From: Centroscyllium fabricii
Lineage: Eukaryota
Assembly (NCBI GenBank): GCA_051313645.2
Contig: JBNRSN020000004.1
Location: forward strand, 239,816,001-239,880,000
DNA: 64,000 nt
Reading direction: 5' to 3'
The position numbers were made by a program, and so were the translations under genes. The stretch's first letter is position 1. The number at the start of each line of letters is the position of its first letter. The notes under the pieces were generated by a model. That model saw only the letters and a program-made list of their open reading frames with translations, had not been told where the DNA came from and searched no databases. Positions 25,358 to 37,921 of this stretch are shown here, piece after piece.

Positions 25358-27889
25358 CTCCCTGGGCAAATAAGTGTTCTTGTCCATCTTTCAGTATGTG
25401 TGTATGCTGGTGAACATTCAAATTTATTTATTTGCTCTTGCAAAGGAGAATATTCTAAGTGTTTAAAATATTATTTATCCCCATCGATGCATATTTATAA
25501 AGAGAACTGTACATTGACTATTTACTTGGTTCTGTTCAGCCTTGTGTTTTAAGTCATGGTAAATATATGTTATTTTTAAATTCCTGTAAAATACACAGAA
25601 AAGTAGTTTTCTGTTAGTAATGTATTCATGAAAAACGCAATTCGGTCAATTGTGGGAATAACGCCAAGACAAAGGACTTAGTCTGTAACTGTAGTATTCT
25701 TAAAATGGAACACAAAATTGCTACAATTTTGTTTTAGGTATGCATTCCATGCTGCAAATGAGATATCCGTTGAACAGCTAGTTCTGACGAATAAATTTTT
25801 TTTGTCAGCAATAATGTGTTGCTTGTAGTGTTAACTCAGCTGAAACATACACTGTTTTTCTTCTAAAATGTTTGAGTAAATGTAAACCGGATCAGCAATA
25901 CACAGCAAGCACACAGCTCTCCAGTCAGATTTCCTTTGTGTTGTGTGGCTACAACCAAGTGCTTCAACCCCCACACTGTAACATCATCCATTATCATGTG
26001 GCTTGCATCTGTCTCCAATGCTCCATTTATTGAGGCCGAAAAAGAAAAGGACTCATTTTCTCCCCCACGCAAGAAACGAAAAGATGTACAAGGAGGCATT
26101 ACTGGCTTCATTTTATTTAATTATTAATCATGGTTTGTTTGATCAAGATACATATATGGTACATGTAAACGGTACAGATATTGCATTGGATAAAAATATT
26201 TCACCAGCCAAGAAAAACATTGCTTTTGCCGCCTGGTCCGTTTTCCAAAGGATCCTGTATATGCAGAGAAAAGGGGGAAAAGAGAAAACGTCAGGATTCA
26301 GACGGGCTTGGTATTATTAGTTTAAAATTAATATCTGGTTTAGAAACACTCCTGAAAAATATTTTTAAAACTCTATAGCTGCTGAATATACAAGTTCCAG
26401 ATATGTCACGATTCTAAAAAAATAGACAATTTGAGGTGCATTTTCTATAATGAAACATCAGCCATCAGTCATGTATCTTTAGTTCCGGTATTTTTAATGC
26501 GTACCGCTCAACATCCAACCATTTCAAATAAGGCACGAAAGAACCTTATTTTAAAAATATTGGCAGCATGTCTCTTACTTATATTAAAATGTGTTACTAA
26601 TTTCAGATAAAATGTACACCACATTTGCTCTTTCACCAGTAAACTGTTCTGTTAAAACTACAAAATACGATGTAAAAAAATATTCAGCAAATCAGCATTT
26701 ACAAAGATTCCTTTTAATTCCAATGACCAATTCTTTTTCAATACAGTGGGCATTTCCCGGGCCAACAAATAAAACTCAAAAGTGAAAATATAGTGATCGT
26801 GTACCATTCCATTGGTACGACCGTTGCTTAACAAATTTCCCTTGCAGATTATTGGTTTCAAAAATAATATTTGAAACGAGATGGCATGGACATTAATTTA
26901 TTACGTAAAGATCAACTATAGTTTTAGAGGACCCATTACTGCTCTGCAAACTGTGTCCATAGGTTTCTTAAATTGTGGAACAACTGGAAGAAGAAAACTT
27001 ACACTTAGTACGCAATTAAAAAAATGGAAATTAATTTCCATGTGGCAGAGCCTGAGCGCCGAGAAAGGAGACGCCATGTTGTCGGCATACTCGCTGTCAG
27101 AGCTTCCCAAAGGACATGCTGTCTAATTTATCTTCCTATCCAAAATACATAGGAGACTTTCTTTACTCAGCTAGCAATGTTTTAAATGTGATACAATTAA
27201 AGTGCATATTGACGAACTGAAAGATTCTACCTCAGCATAACATGGACGACATTACATCAACGAACTACCACAAAGCACAAGTTTCGTAAATTCAGATTGA
27301 ACGAAATTATTTTGTGAGCTCTTATAAGCAGGGTCATTTTTTTTCTGTACAGTGCATGCAAATTAATCTTTTTAACGAGAGCACGCTTTAAAACAGTCTG
27401 GTTTTAGACGTGATCCGAAAGATTGCTGTAATACTGCATAATGAAATATTAAAAAGTTATTTGACAAGTTTACTAGGTTTCCAAATATTAAATTGCAACG
27501 AAATATCCCATAGAAGTGCAATATTTTACTCAATATTTATTACTTCCCTTAACTTATTTCAGAATGACGTTTCCAGTTTTGAATCAGCTTAAATGCCTGT
27601 TCTCAAAAACAATATAAAGTCACGTAATTATTCCCAGAACACAACCATGACATACTCACAAAATAGTGACCATCTAACTGCCGCGTACTTATTTATATAA
27701 ACACCCCAGAACATAATTTTCTTCAAGCCGTATGGGTTACAGAACTGAACCATTCTCAGCGGGATATGTGTCTTTTCCCTAAATTTTCCAAGTACAAAAT
27801 GTATTAACAAAATCAACATTTTTATATCTTAAAATTAGTTTCTGTTTAATTCCATTTTATGTAGCGAACAAACTGAATCAAATGCGCGT

Positions 27890-28265
27890 TGCTTTCGCCC
27901 ACATGCCCTTACAACAGAGAGACTGTGAAAATCTGCAGAACGCCAACACCTACACACATTTCACACACAAAAGCCCCATTTAATTGCAAAAAGGTCGTTC
28001 CATTTGTAGCTGAACACCAAAACCTACAGTTCAAACTTAAAAGAGGGGAAGCTAGTACAACTGATTAAATGGTTATATATTTTCTACGAACTCACCCTTT
28101 GCCGCGTTATCTATCAGTAGCGTTGAATATGCTGTGATGATAAATAAAATATTTCCTGCAACTATTTAAAGTACCAACTAGGGTTCTCACTTTCTTACTG
28201 ATGGTATTCGACATTACAGAGAGAAGCTTTAAATGTGTTCTTGGGGGCCAGAAGCTGTCAGACCT
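27890..28265 (+). promoter_or_regulatory. HoxA2 r3/r5 (Krox20/Egr2) enhancer region
   Basis: CGCCCACA Egr-like site at about 27896, CACCTACAC, BoxA-like ACAAAAGCCC at about 27967, and block AAATGTGTTCTTGGGGGCCAGAAGCTGTCA at about 28231; about 1.5 kb 5' of HoxA2. Confidence 0.55.
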
Positions 28266-28500
28266 TTTGCCGAACAAGATTGATAGCGCACATACTTCCT
28301 TACAGCTTTGTTTGCGGTATAAGCAAAACGGAGGCCTAGAAAACCACTACCATTTCCACCTTGCCCATTTCGACAAAATCCCAGCACTTTACAATTCCTT
28401 GTTTGCGAAGGAGAATTCTTCTAAGTGCTAATATATTTACTAAATACTACATGGCCATAACGAATGCCATAAGTGCATCGTGTCATTGTTTTCACCACCG

Positions 28501-28692
28501 CCCCCCCCCCCCCCGTTCACAATTTAGATAGTAGTATTATTTTTTTTAAAGAAAATTGAAATTTAATTTTTGAAAGCAAACCTACTGTGTATTTCTTCGT
28601 CCATATCGTTATCGTTTTATTAAAACCGTTTCGTTTTTTAAATATATATATACATATGTGTGTGTGTGTGTGTATGTCTATGTATGTGTGTG
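28501..28692. repeat. C14 run plus (TA)n/(TG)n microsatellites
   Basis: Poly-C 28501-28514; TA then TG repeats at about 28642-28692. Confidence 0.85.
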
Positions 28693-29019
28693 TTTTAAAC
28701 GAAGTAATCTAGTATCACGCGCAGTTAATCTTTAGATATTACAAATTTCACAAAACACAAGAGAATACAATACCTTCAGTGATACGCCTTTTACGTTTTT
28801 CGTTGGTCATAAACGACTATAAAAATATTGTAATGTCGTATCCAGAATCACCACCACATCGACCTCCTGCTTGAATTATAGTCTCCATACAGCACAATAA
28901 TCAAAGAATATCCAGTACTGTACAAATATAATAATAGGGGACCGAACTCCCAACGAAAACATGAAGCAAATGGTTGTAGCTTCGCCTTGTGTAACTTCTT
29001 ATGTGGCTGGGTTCTGGGG

Positions 29020-29500
29020 TCCAGTGTCAAAACTTTGAAGATTAATGGATTACTTTGTTAATGACTCTAGGCGTCAGATTTAGGTGCAAGATGATTTGTG
29101 AGGTGCAAGTCGTCTTCGTGACAGTCGGTAACACAGAGAGAAAGTGGAGCCAGCAAGTGTGCAGGAGTCAGAGAGGGAGAGAGAAAGAAACACGCAAGGC
29201 TGAATGAACTGATTTCCACGAGATTTAAAACAAAAATCTTTTACACATTTATTATGGGAAGATGGATCAAAAAGTGGAAATCAAAACACTGCTGGCCCAG
29301 AATGAGGCGTTCCTCTCCGACTTTTTGGATCAATCACATAGACAGTGCCTTCTTTTGATTAAACCCCAAATTGTCATTGGGCAGACGCAATCATGTGACA
29401 GCGAATTCGGTCCAATTTCAACCTTGTCTCCATGAATTCAATAGTTTAATAGTAGCACGGTCCCCATACGGCCGTAATCAGTGAATTAGAAAAAAACCAG
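29020..29500 (+). promoter_or_regulatory. HoxA2 upstream conserved blocks / proximal promoter
   Basis: TGTCA and AGATTAATGG at about 29025-29048; ATCAATCA (Pbx), ATTGG, TCATGTGAC E-box and CCAAT at about 29329-29416. Confidence 0.6.
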
Positions 29501-29581
29501 CGGCGATATTTATTATTTTTTTAACGGGCCAAAAAATAACTAACACCCAACTTTCTCCCCCTACGTTCTGTGGAGACGGCA

Positions 29582-29933
29582 ATGAATTACGAATTTGAAC
29601 GAGAAATTGGTTTTATCAATAGTCAGCCGTCGCTTGCTGAGTGCCTGACATCTTTTCCCCCTGTCGGTGATACATTTCAAAGTTCATCAATCAAGAACTC
29701 GACGCTTTCACACTCGACAGTGATTCCTCCTCCTTTTGAGCAAACCATCCCCAGCCTGAATCCCAGCAGTCACCCTCGCCAAAGTCGGCCAAAACAGAGC
29801 CCAAATGGCACAAGCCCTTTACCAGCCGCGGCTCTACCTCCGGAATACCCCTGGATGAAAGAGAAAAAAAACTCCAAGAAGAATCACCTGCCTGCTTCTT
29901 CTGGACCCGCAGCATCCTGTCTTTCCCAGAAAG
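29582..29933 (+). CDS. hoxa2: Homeobox protein Hox-A2, coding exon 1
   Basis: [28 protein letters not shown]; EYPWMKEKK hexapeptide; donor AAG|GTCAGC at 29934. Confidence 0.96.
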
Positions 29934-30075
29934 GTCAGCTCAAAGACGTTTCAGTTCTAATTATTGTCTTAACTTAGTCTCACTTATTTGCATGAATTGT
30001 TTAATCAGATTTATTTTTGTTGCTAGTTAATAATTAAGAGATTGAAACACTTTCGCCGACTTATTTAATGGAGGA

Positions 30076-30200
30076 TGATTTATTTGCCGAGCTAGTCAGA
30101 AAATGACCTTCTGTGCTCCCCCATCCCAGAGTTTTGCTATTTGACAGTAATGAAGAGTGATAGATGAGCGCACTTTCATGGTAAAGCAGCTGATGCAGAG
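30076..30200 (+). promoter_or_regulatory. HoxA2 intronic r4 enhancer (Pbx-Hox and Meis sites)
   Basis: TGATTTAT 30076-30083, TGACAG 30142-30147, TGATAGAT 30158-30165, TGATGCAG 30191-30198. Confidence 0.7.
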
Positions 30201-30444
30201 ATCACCAAATGCGGAAAGGCTGTTGCAAACTTTGCTGCAAGATTGGGCTTTGGTGCACGTGTATTTTGTAATATCTTTAATATTTTAGCAAGTGGCAGAC
30301 GCCACAGCCGCAGACATTGAAACAATGGGTTTACTGCATTCAGGCGGCCATTTTGTTGCAGTGGATGGTCTATATTTTATATAATTTTGGTTCAAGTGAC
30401 TGTAAACTGTTTTATTATTGTTGTTCACTTCCATTTATTTGTAG

Positions 30445-31184
30445 AAACTCATGAAATTCCCGATAATACAGGCGGGGGGTCGCGGAGGTTAAGGACAGCT
30501 TATACAAACACACAGCTTTTGGAGCTGGAAAAAGAATTTCACTTCAACAAGTATCTGTGTCGACCCAGACGGGTGGAAATTGCAGCTTTGCTTGATTTAA
30601 CTGAAAGACAAGTGAAAGTGTGGTTTCAAAACAGACGGATGAAGCACAAAAGACAGACCCAGTGCAAAGAAAACCAAAACGGCGATGGCAAATTTAAGAA
30701 TTTGGAGGACAGTGGGCAGACTGAAGATGACGAAGAGAAGTCACTCTTTGAGCAAGGCATCAACAATGTTACAGGCGCCCTCTTGGACAGGGAAGGCTAT
30801 ACTTTTCAAACCAATGCACTGACTCAACAGCAGGCCCAGAATTTACACAATGGAGAATCCCAAAGTTTCCCAGTTTCGCCTTTACCGAGCAATGAGAAAA
30901 ATCTAAAACATTTTCATCAGCAGTCACCCACTGTTCAAAACTGCCTGTCAACAATGGCCCAGAACTGTGCAGCTGGCTTGAACAATGACAGTCCAGAGGC
31001 CCTTGATGTCCCTTCTTTACAGGATTTTAACGTGTTTTCCACAGAATCCTGCTTACAGCTTTCAGATGGAGTATCGCCCAGTTTACCAGGGTCCCTCGAC
31101 AGCCCTGTGGATCTTTCTGCTGACAGTTTTGACTTTTTTACGGATACTCTAACCACAATCGATTTGCAGCATTTGAACTACTGA
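30445..31184 (+). CDS. hoxa2: Homeobox protein Hox-A2, coding exon 2 (homeodomain); spliced CDS 1092 nt = 363 aa
   Basis: Acceptor TTTGTAG ending at 30444; [40 protein letters not shown]...; C-terminal [17 protein letters not shown]. Confidence 0.96.
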
Positions 31185-32699
31185 CTGCAAAGTCGCTGTG
31201 AGCAGAATATGCCTTCTTTTAAATTCGTTTTCTTTCCTTCAATTACTTTCAAATGGTCAGTATTTTTTCCTTTTAATTAACTTGAATGTGTTCGAGGCCC
31301 ATCTATAATTGCAAAAGTTCGTTATTATCTTTGGACTAATGCCCCTTCTTTCATAACTCGTCATCCAGCAATATATGGGTCCCTCGTGAAAATTATTACA
31401 TAGAAATCGACAAATCTCTACGTTTCCCTCGTTTACTTATGTATTATTTTAGGGTGCATTGTCATAAATAATTTGATAGAGCAAAGTATTATACGCTACA
31501 GGTAGCCATCCTGAAGCATTTCTCTCTCAGGACTATTTTCACTTAATAAATATCCTTTGATTTCTTTTTGACATAAATTCATTAATAAAAATGAACAGTC
31601 TGGTCGGTCTCGTTCTTTACATTTTTCATAACAGCATTTATTGAACGAAAAATAAAAGAATCCAGGATCTTTATTGTCTGACTCTACAGAAACAACAATA
31701 AAACTGGGTTTGAAAACTTTGCACGAAACTGTTTGTGACACAGATCCAGGCACTAGGAAAATCTATTAATGTTGCGTTTATTAAATTATACAAAATATGT
31801 GGCGCTACATTTTAACATTAACACTTTCACAAACTGAACAAAAGCAAAAAGAATACCATATATAGAAATTAATAATTTTTCGCAGAAAAATCTTCTTAAG
31901 TTCACACTCATGGACACTTCTGCCACCGCTCAGAAAATCTAGGAAAGAAGGAAAAAAGTTTAGTAGTGTCCATGTCCATGTGTGTTACTAAACAAACCTC
32001 TTTATTTATTGATGTCATAACTAATCTTATCGCTGATTCCTCCATTCCTTATCTAGCTTGCTGCCAGTCACCATCAGCAATATAAATTCGCAGATGCTTT
32101 GCTGCGTCAAGCGCCGTTTAACCAGCGATTTTAAAGAAAACTGCCGCTAAGGCACTCACGCATTACCACGCAGTTTATTATTTTACTAATAAATCGTACA
32201 TTACAAATGTAATATCGAAAACCGATTTTATTCAATTAGAATCACAACTTCATTGTAAGAGAAAAGAGTGGCTTCGGGACAGCGCCGACGGGGCGCTTAA
32301 AAAAAATCTATTCAGCACAAATGTTTAATTTGTAACAACCTTCTTTTTGAAAAAGTCTTCAGAAAACATGATATGAAATTTTGGCCCACATTTTATAAAA
32401 ACACAACGCATATTCTGGTTTGTTATTACGTTAGTATTTGTATAAATAAAACAACAGCTGCAGGAATGCATCCTCATTGTGCACTAGGATTTTTAGGCAG
32501 CCATTCTTTTTTGTTTTAACCCTCCTGTGACACCCCCTCTCCCTCCACGCCCCCTCCCCTGAAGAGCGTGTTCCAACGCTTATTTCGATTCAACAGAAAC
32601 TTTCAATATTAGCCGCGGTGCATTATATGTTGGTGTTGCGGTCTGAAACACGTTGGGTTTTTGCGTAAGCAATGACAGGGCCGGCTCTGGAGGTAATTC

Positions 32700-32765
32700 T
32701 TCCTAAACTCATAAATCAAAGCCCTTTTATGAATGAGAATGTCATCAAATGGATCAATCGCAGCA
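32700..32765. promoter_or_regulatory. Hox-Pbx/Meis motif cluster between HoxA2 and HoxA1
   Basis: TCATAAATCA (TGATTTATGA on -) 32709-32718, TGTCA 32740-32744, ATCAATC at about 32753. Confidence 0.5.
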
Positions 32766-35451
32766 GCACATAACAAAAAAAATCATCTTACGTATTTGCC
32801 TAGACTGGGGAACCCCTGTCAGCTTCTAACATGTAGGCGTTGAGTCGTAATTCATTTTTACTGTTTCTTGTAAAGAGCACGGCGCTTTCTATTGCTGCTG
32901 CTGGCACTCACTTCGAATTTGAACTTACAACGTAAGGATTTACAATGATGCAACTGCTAGGAGTTCCAATTGTTTAATCATTAATCAGGGAAATAATGTG
33001 AAGGACTTTTTTACTGCGCACGGTATTGAGGCTTTGTGTTGAGGTGTTTTTATTACTTTCTTTATCAGGCTGTTATATTCAGTGCACAAGGAAGGCGATA
33101 CTTTTGCCTATTAAAAACAAATCGCACGGGCAAATGGTGACACTTTGTCGATAAGCTGTCACTATTAAACAAGTCTTTACACGACATAATGGGCAGGTTA
33201 CTAGGTGATCTGTCCTTACCGAGAAAGTGAAAGGAGAGGAGTTCGCCCGGTTACTCCGAACCACAGGCTCTTACGCCGCCCTCAATGGCGCATCGTTAAG
33301 GCAATTACCCTAAAATACTCAAAGTCAGCCCTTGGTTTACGGGGGGGTGGGGGGGAGGGGAGCGGACATCTCACGGGATAGTTGGGGAAACTGCCTCAAG
33401 AAAAACATTCCTCTGCGGGAGGGGTGTTATATTTTGCAGCATTCAAAATGAAAAGTACACAAGACATAAAAGTTTTTTCCCCGAGAACGATCCAATCCAG
33501 ATTTCTCCAGCAGGCAGTTTCCGCTACAGTGGATGTTCAGACCCAGTAAATAAAGATGGCGGAGTTGGTTGTTACAGTAAAGCTTTTCATTTGTTCCAAC
33601 TCACTAGCAAACGCAAAGACGAGAAAATGCACGAAAATATGATTTCTAATTACCGTCTAATAGAAGACGAAAATGCATTTTCAAGGTAAATCGATAAAAT
33701 TTACATGTGCGAACAAAAACGGAAGATTATTTTTCTAAACTCCGCCAAAAATGTCTCGTGTGTTTTTCCCAGTGCATTTGCGTGTTCATTTTGTCTGATT
33801 TAAGGATAATATGTAAGTAGACCATTGGAGTTAAAACTGGAGTTTTACTGAACTTCAATCGACAGATCACAGAATAAAAGCATCATATTTTGTACCAACA
33901 TAAAAGTTCCAGGGCCCAGATGAAGTATATATTGGAAAAAATGCTTCCCTGTGACATTTTGTTTTAAACAGGTTTTTGCTCGTTTTATGAAGTCCGTTTA
34001 ATAATTAAAACACACATAGGCCTCAAATAGCAGCGACCAGCTCTTGCTCCACTGCATTGTCTAAAGATACGTGGAATACTATCGTTAGGTTTTTGGGGTT
34101 AGTTGTGAAGACTCGATTCCACAAATCTTAATGGGACATTCATTTTGGTTAATTAGTTTTCAGATCTCACTGGTGCTCAAAGCCTAAATCTATACCGAAA
34201 TAATCTAAATTTTCCACGCGTGGTCGCCATTTCACAATGCCTGTTTACAGTAGGGCTATGATCGGCCGTTTGTCATAATTAATTAATCGGAGTAAATTAC
34301 TGTCTGCAACCCTGATCCGCGTCACTCTGTAATGTGCAAAAGATTGATCTCACATTACCACCGACCCTGACTGCTCGGAGAGGACTCTACAGGAAGCTGA
34401 CAGATGGGCGGCAGCGCCTTCCAATCGGCCACGTTTGCTTACACTTTGCTTCAGCCAAGGGGACTTACTATTCATAGCTGTGTGTAAAAAAATTATATTC
34501 TGATTCCCGCTGCAACCAGAATAAATAGGCAGACAGCCAACATAATACAGAAAGACTCTTTGGCTGCCTGTAACCCTATAGTCAGGAGGTGCTCCCACCA
34601 GCCTGTGTTCGATTGACGAGGCTGCTCATTTCCATGCCAATAGCTCGAAAGCTGAGGACAGGCAAAGGCCAGGCCTTGATAGGCTGCTGCCTGCGTCCTT
34701 GTGACATTATTGCACATTGAAGGGATGGCGCCTCATTTTACAAGCGCACACCATATCACACACAGCTTATATACAAATCTCGACATCATAAACCTCTTCA
34801 ATCCAATCAATCATTTTACCCTTTGCTTTGAGGGTCGCCTGCAGAGTTATGTTGCACGGATTAGCAATGAGGGTATAATCAGTTAATAATAAATATGCAC
34901 AGGCTATCCTGTGTCTGAACGAAAAGTAACTCTGCAGCAGTTACCTACATTTTCTTTCATTAAAGTGCACGAAGCGGTCTGATACATAACAGACTCGCTT
35001 TGCACAGCTTTTGCCGACCGATTGAAAAAAACGCCGCTCACCCACAATGCTATAGCTAAAACACGAGAGAGGAACATCTGATTCTTTTCGCACTGTGGAG
35101 CGACGCTGGCACTAACACCTTTCCGATAGCTCTTTAGGTCCTGGGTGTTAGGTTTGTCATCGAACGGCTTTTCTTACCTGACAGAGCGGCTGCTGCGAGG
35201 AAGAGGACGGGCCATCCCCCGTTGGAGACGCGCGCTCGGCGCTAACACTTATGCCACTGCAGACCCGAGCAAAACAGTACGCGCCTCTTGAATAAATTCC
35301 TGCTGCATTCTGCCGGTCATGCTTTGAAGTATAATGCATTTGTGGGCTAATAATGCGCGTAACCTTGATGGAAGAGCGTTTGTAATTTAAATGCCACTAA
35401 AACAGTGATCGATCACCAGCAAGAGCATGCAAACTTCGCAGGGAACCCCGC

Positions 35452-35595
35452 GATTGGACGAATCGGGTCACGTGGCGACACTTCACTGTATATTGATATC
35501 ATTTTCTTTCAGCCCCATTGAGGAAGTGGGCAAGTTGGCACGGTCCATCCAGGTTGGTGGACAGTCACTTTACATGCTGGTTATCCCAGTGACAG
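35452..35595 (+). promoter_or_regulatory. HoxA1 proximal promoter and 5' leader
   Basis: GATTGG, then GTCACGTGG E-box (35467-35475) in CpG-rich DNA; leader ends CAGTGACAG-ATG as in other HoxA1 genes. Confidence 0.65.
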
Positions 35596-36223
35596 ATGGA
35601 CAATGCAAGGATGAACTCCTTTCTAGACTATTCTATCATTAACGGAGAAACTGGGACCTGCTCTTCCAGAAGTTACCATGCAGATCAAGGAATTACAACT
35701 TATCAGTCTTGTGCCGTTAGTAATAATAACTGCAACGCTGATGACCGCTATATAGTGAGCAGAAGTATCCAAATAGGTGGTCCTCCTCCTCATCATCACC
35801 ATCACCAGACTAGCTACACACATCACAACAACCTGGGCATCTCCTACAGTGCCCACCCCAACTGTGGGACAGGATACCCAGCACAGAGCTTTAACACAGG
35901 CTACAGTCATCACTACTCCTTGAATCAAGAGACGGATGGCAACGGAGGGTACCCTCAGTGTGCTCCTGCTGTCTACGCTGGAAACATTGCCTCAGCTATT
36001 AGCCCTCATCACCACGGCTATGGCGGGCTGGTGGGACCAGGCCAATATCCCCATCACCCATACGGGCAAGAGCAGCAGAGTGTAGCCCTCGCTGCAGGCT
36101 GCCACCCTCTGTCACCCGGTCAGGGCAGTCACCAGGAAGCCTGCTGCTCCCCGTCAGCTGAGAGCCCTCCCCCAGCACAGACCTTTGACTGGATGAAAGT
36201 GAAGAGGAATCCGCCAAAAACAG
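35596..36223 (+). CDS. hoxa1: Homeobox protein Hox-A1, coding exon 1
   Basis: [12 protein letters not shown], polyHis, [26 protein letters not shown] hexapeptide; donor CAG|GTAAAT at 36224. Confidence 0.96.
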
Positions 36224-36662
36224 GTAAATTGAATTTTCTATGTTCATTCCTTTCTACAGGGAATTGTAAGACGAAAAGAAATACTAGCAAATGCGAGGAG
36301 GAAAGTGATTGTAAAGTGTATCAGACTGGAGTAAAATAATGAATCTTAATCTGTTGCATGTTGTTAAAGCTGATCTGATGGCCTAATCTTTCGTCTACAT
36401 TCTTTTTCTGTGATCTATTTTTTCCTGTCTTCTCGGTATTATCTGAAGCATCATTTAAACATAAACTAGATGATGACATGTAAAAGTTGTACAGTAATCC
36501 TTTTAGGCTTTTCTGACAAGACATTTTCAAAGTACTGAAACGGCTATGATTGATTATCAGTGCAGTAAAACTAGCCCAGCAATCCCAAGCAGTTGTCATA
36601 TCCTGTCTATTAAATCCTCCCTGACTTACCTGTTTGTTTTGTGATCATTTGTACTGATTTAG

Positions 36663-37015
36663 GAAAGGCTGGGGAGTATGGCTTTGCCGGTCAGCCCAAT
36701 ACGGTGCGAACCAATTTCACCACCAAGCAACTAACGGAGCTGGAGAAGGAGTTCCACTTCAACAAGTACTTGACCCGAGCCAGGCGGGTGGAAATCGCTG
36801 CTGCCCTCCAGCTCAACGAAACCCAGGTAAAAATTTGGTTCCAGAATCGGCGGATGAAGCAGAAAAAACGAGAAAAGGAAGGTCTTACCTCAGCTTCTCC
36901 GGCCACGCCTGGGAGTGAAGCAAATACAGAAGACACCTCAGACAAATCTAGCTCTACCTCATCGACTCCCTCCCCATCATCATCTACCTCAGAAACTATT
37001 ACCACTTCAGGCTGA
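36663..37015 (+). CDS. hoxa1: Homeobox protein Hox-A1, coding exon 2 (homeodomain); spliced CDS 981 nt = 326 aa
   Basis: Acceptor TTTAG ending at 36662; [65 protein letters not shown]. Confidence 0.96.
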
Positions 37016-37892
37016 AACATTCCGAAAACAGACCCAAACTGGGAATCATTTAATTTGCTAGTTGTTTTAAATTAGAAGGAAAACATGTAATTCTGTATGA
37101 TTTTCTGGGAAACAAACCAAAAGAAACATAAATAACAGCAGAAAACGCTGGAGAAACATATTTTGTTTGTGAAAAAATCTGCCAATCTCTAAACGAACCA
37201 GAGATGCACTATTATAAAAGTGTTTACACTAAGAACCAACTACTGTATAATATAATTGTCCTATTTTAATTTAATGTGTTGCATATATATTGTAAGCTGC
37301 GCTGGTTGTATATATTTTGTCAAGAGTTTTATCTTTTTACGAGTATTTTCTAAAAATGATGCTGAAAGCCAGGGTCAAACAACCCTTATATGATGTAGAT
37401 GTAGAGTTTTTATAAACAAAATGTGATCAATGTATCGAAGTGTAAGTGAAACATTTCTTGTACTTGCAGAAAGCAGAGCTGAGTAGATAGGGACGCTCTC
37501 CTTACACTGTGAAAGATTATATGTACAGAAATTACTGTATACTTCATTGCACTGGGCTATGTAAAATTTGAAACATAACTGTCCCCCTCCCAAAAGTAAG
37601 TGGGCTGTCTCAAGACCAGCAGTAGCACATTGTTAAAATACCTCAGAAGTGTCTCGTTTACTCCGAAATCTGTTGGACTTGATGTCATGAGCTACCTGTT
37701 AATGTAATTTATAGCCAAACGATTGTTTTCCTGTGGTTTGTGTCTGGAAGTTTGCATGATACAATGCTGTCAGTGTGTACCTCCCCATTACTGAGTTTTA
37801 TCAGTTCTACTGTGTGACTAGATGTTATATACAATCAGCACCTGATTTGAGACAGTTCTGAGATTTCTGTGACTGAAATCCAGAACAGAATT

Positions 37893-37921
37893 TACGGGTC
37901 CAAATAATAAATTCTATTAAA
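37893..37921 (+). promoter_or_regulatory. miR-99/100 seed site next to the HoxA1 polyadenylation signal
   Basis: TACGGGT 37893-37899; AATAAA 37906-37911; ATTAAA 37916-37921. Confidence 0.6.

Noticed and set aside
35623-37020. Antisense ORFs over Hox exons (for example 36691-37020 and 35623-35928)
   Set aside because: Expected shadow ORFs of coding sequence, with no independent gene signals
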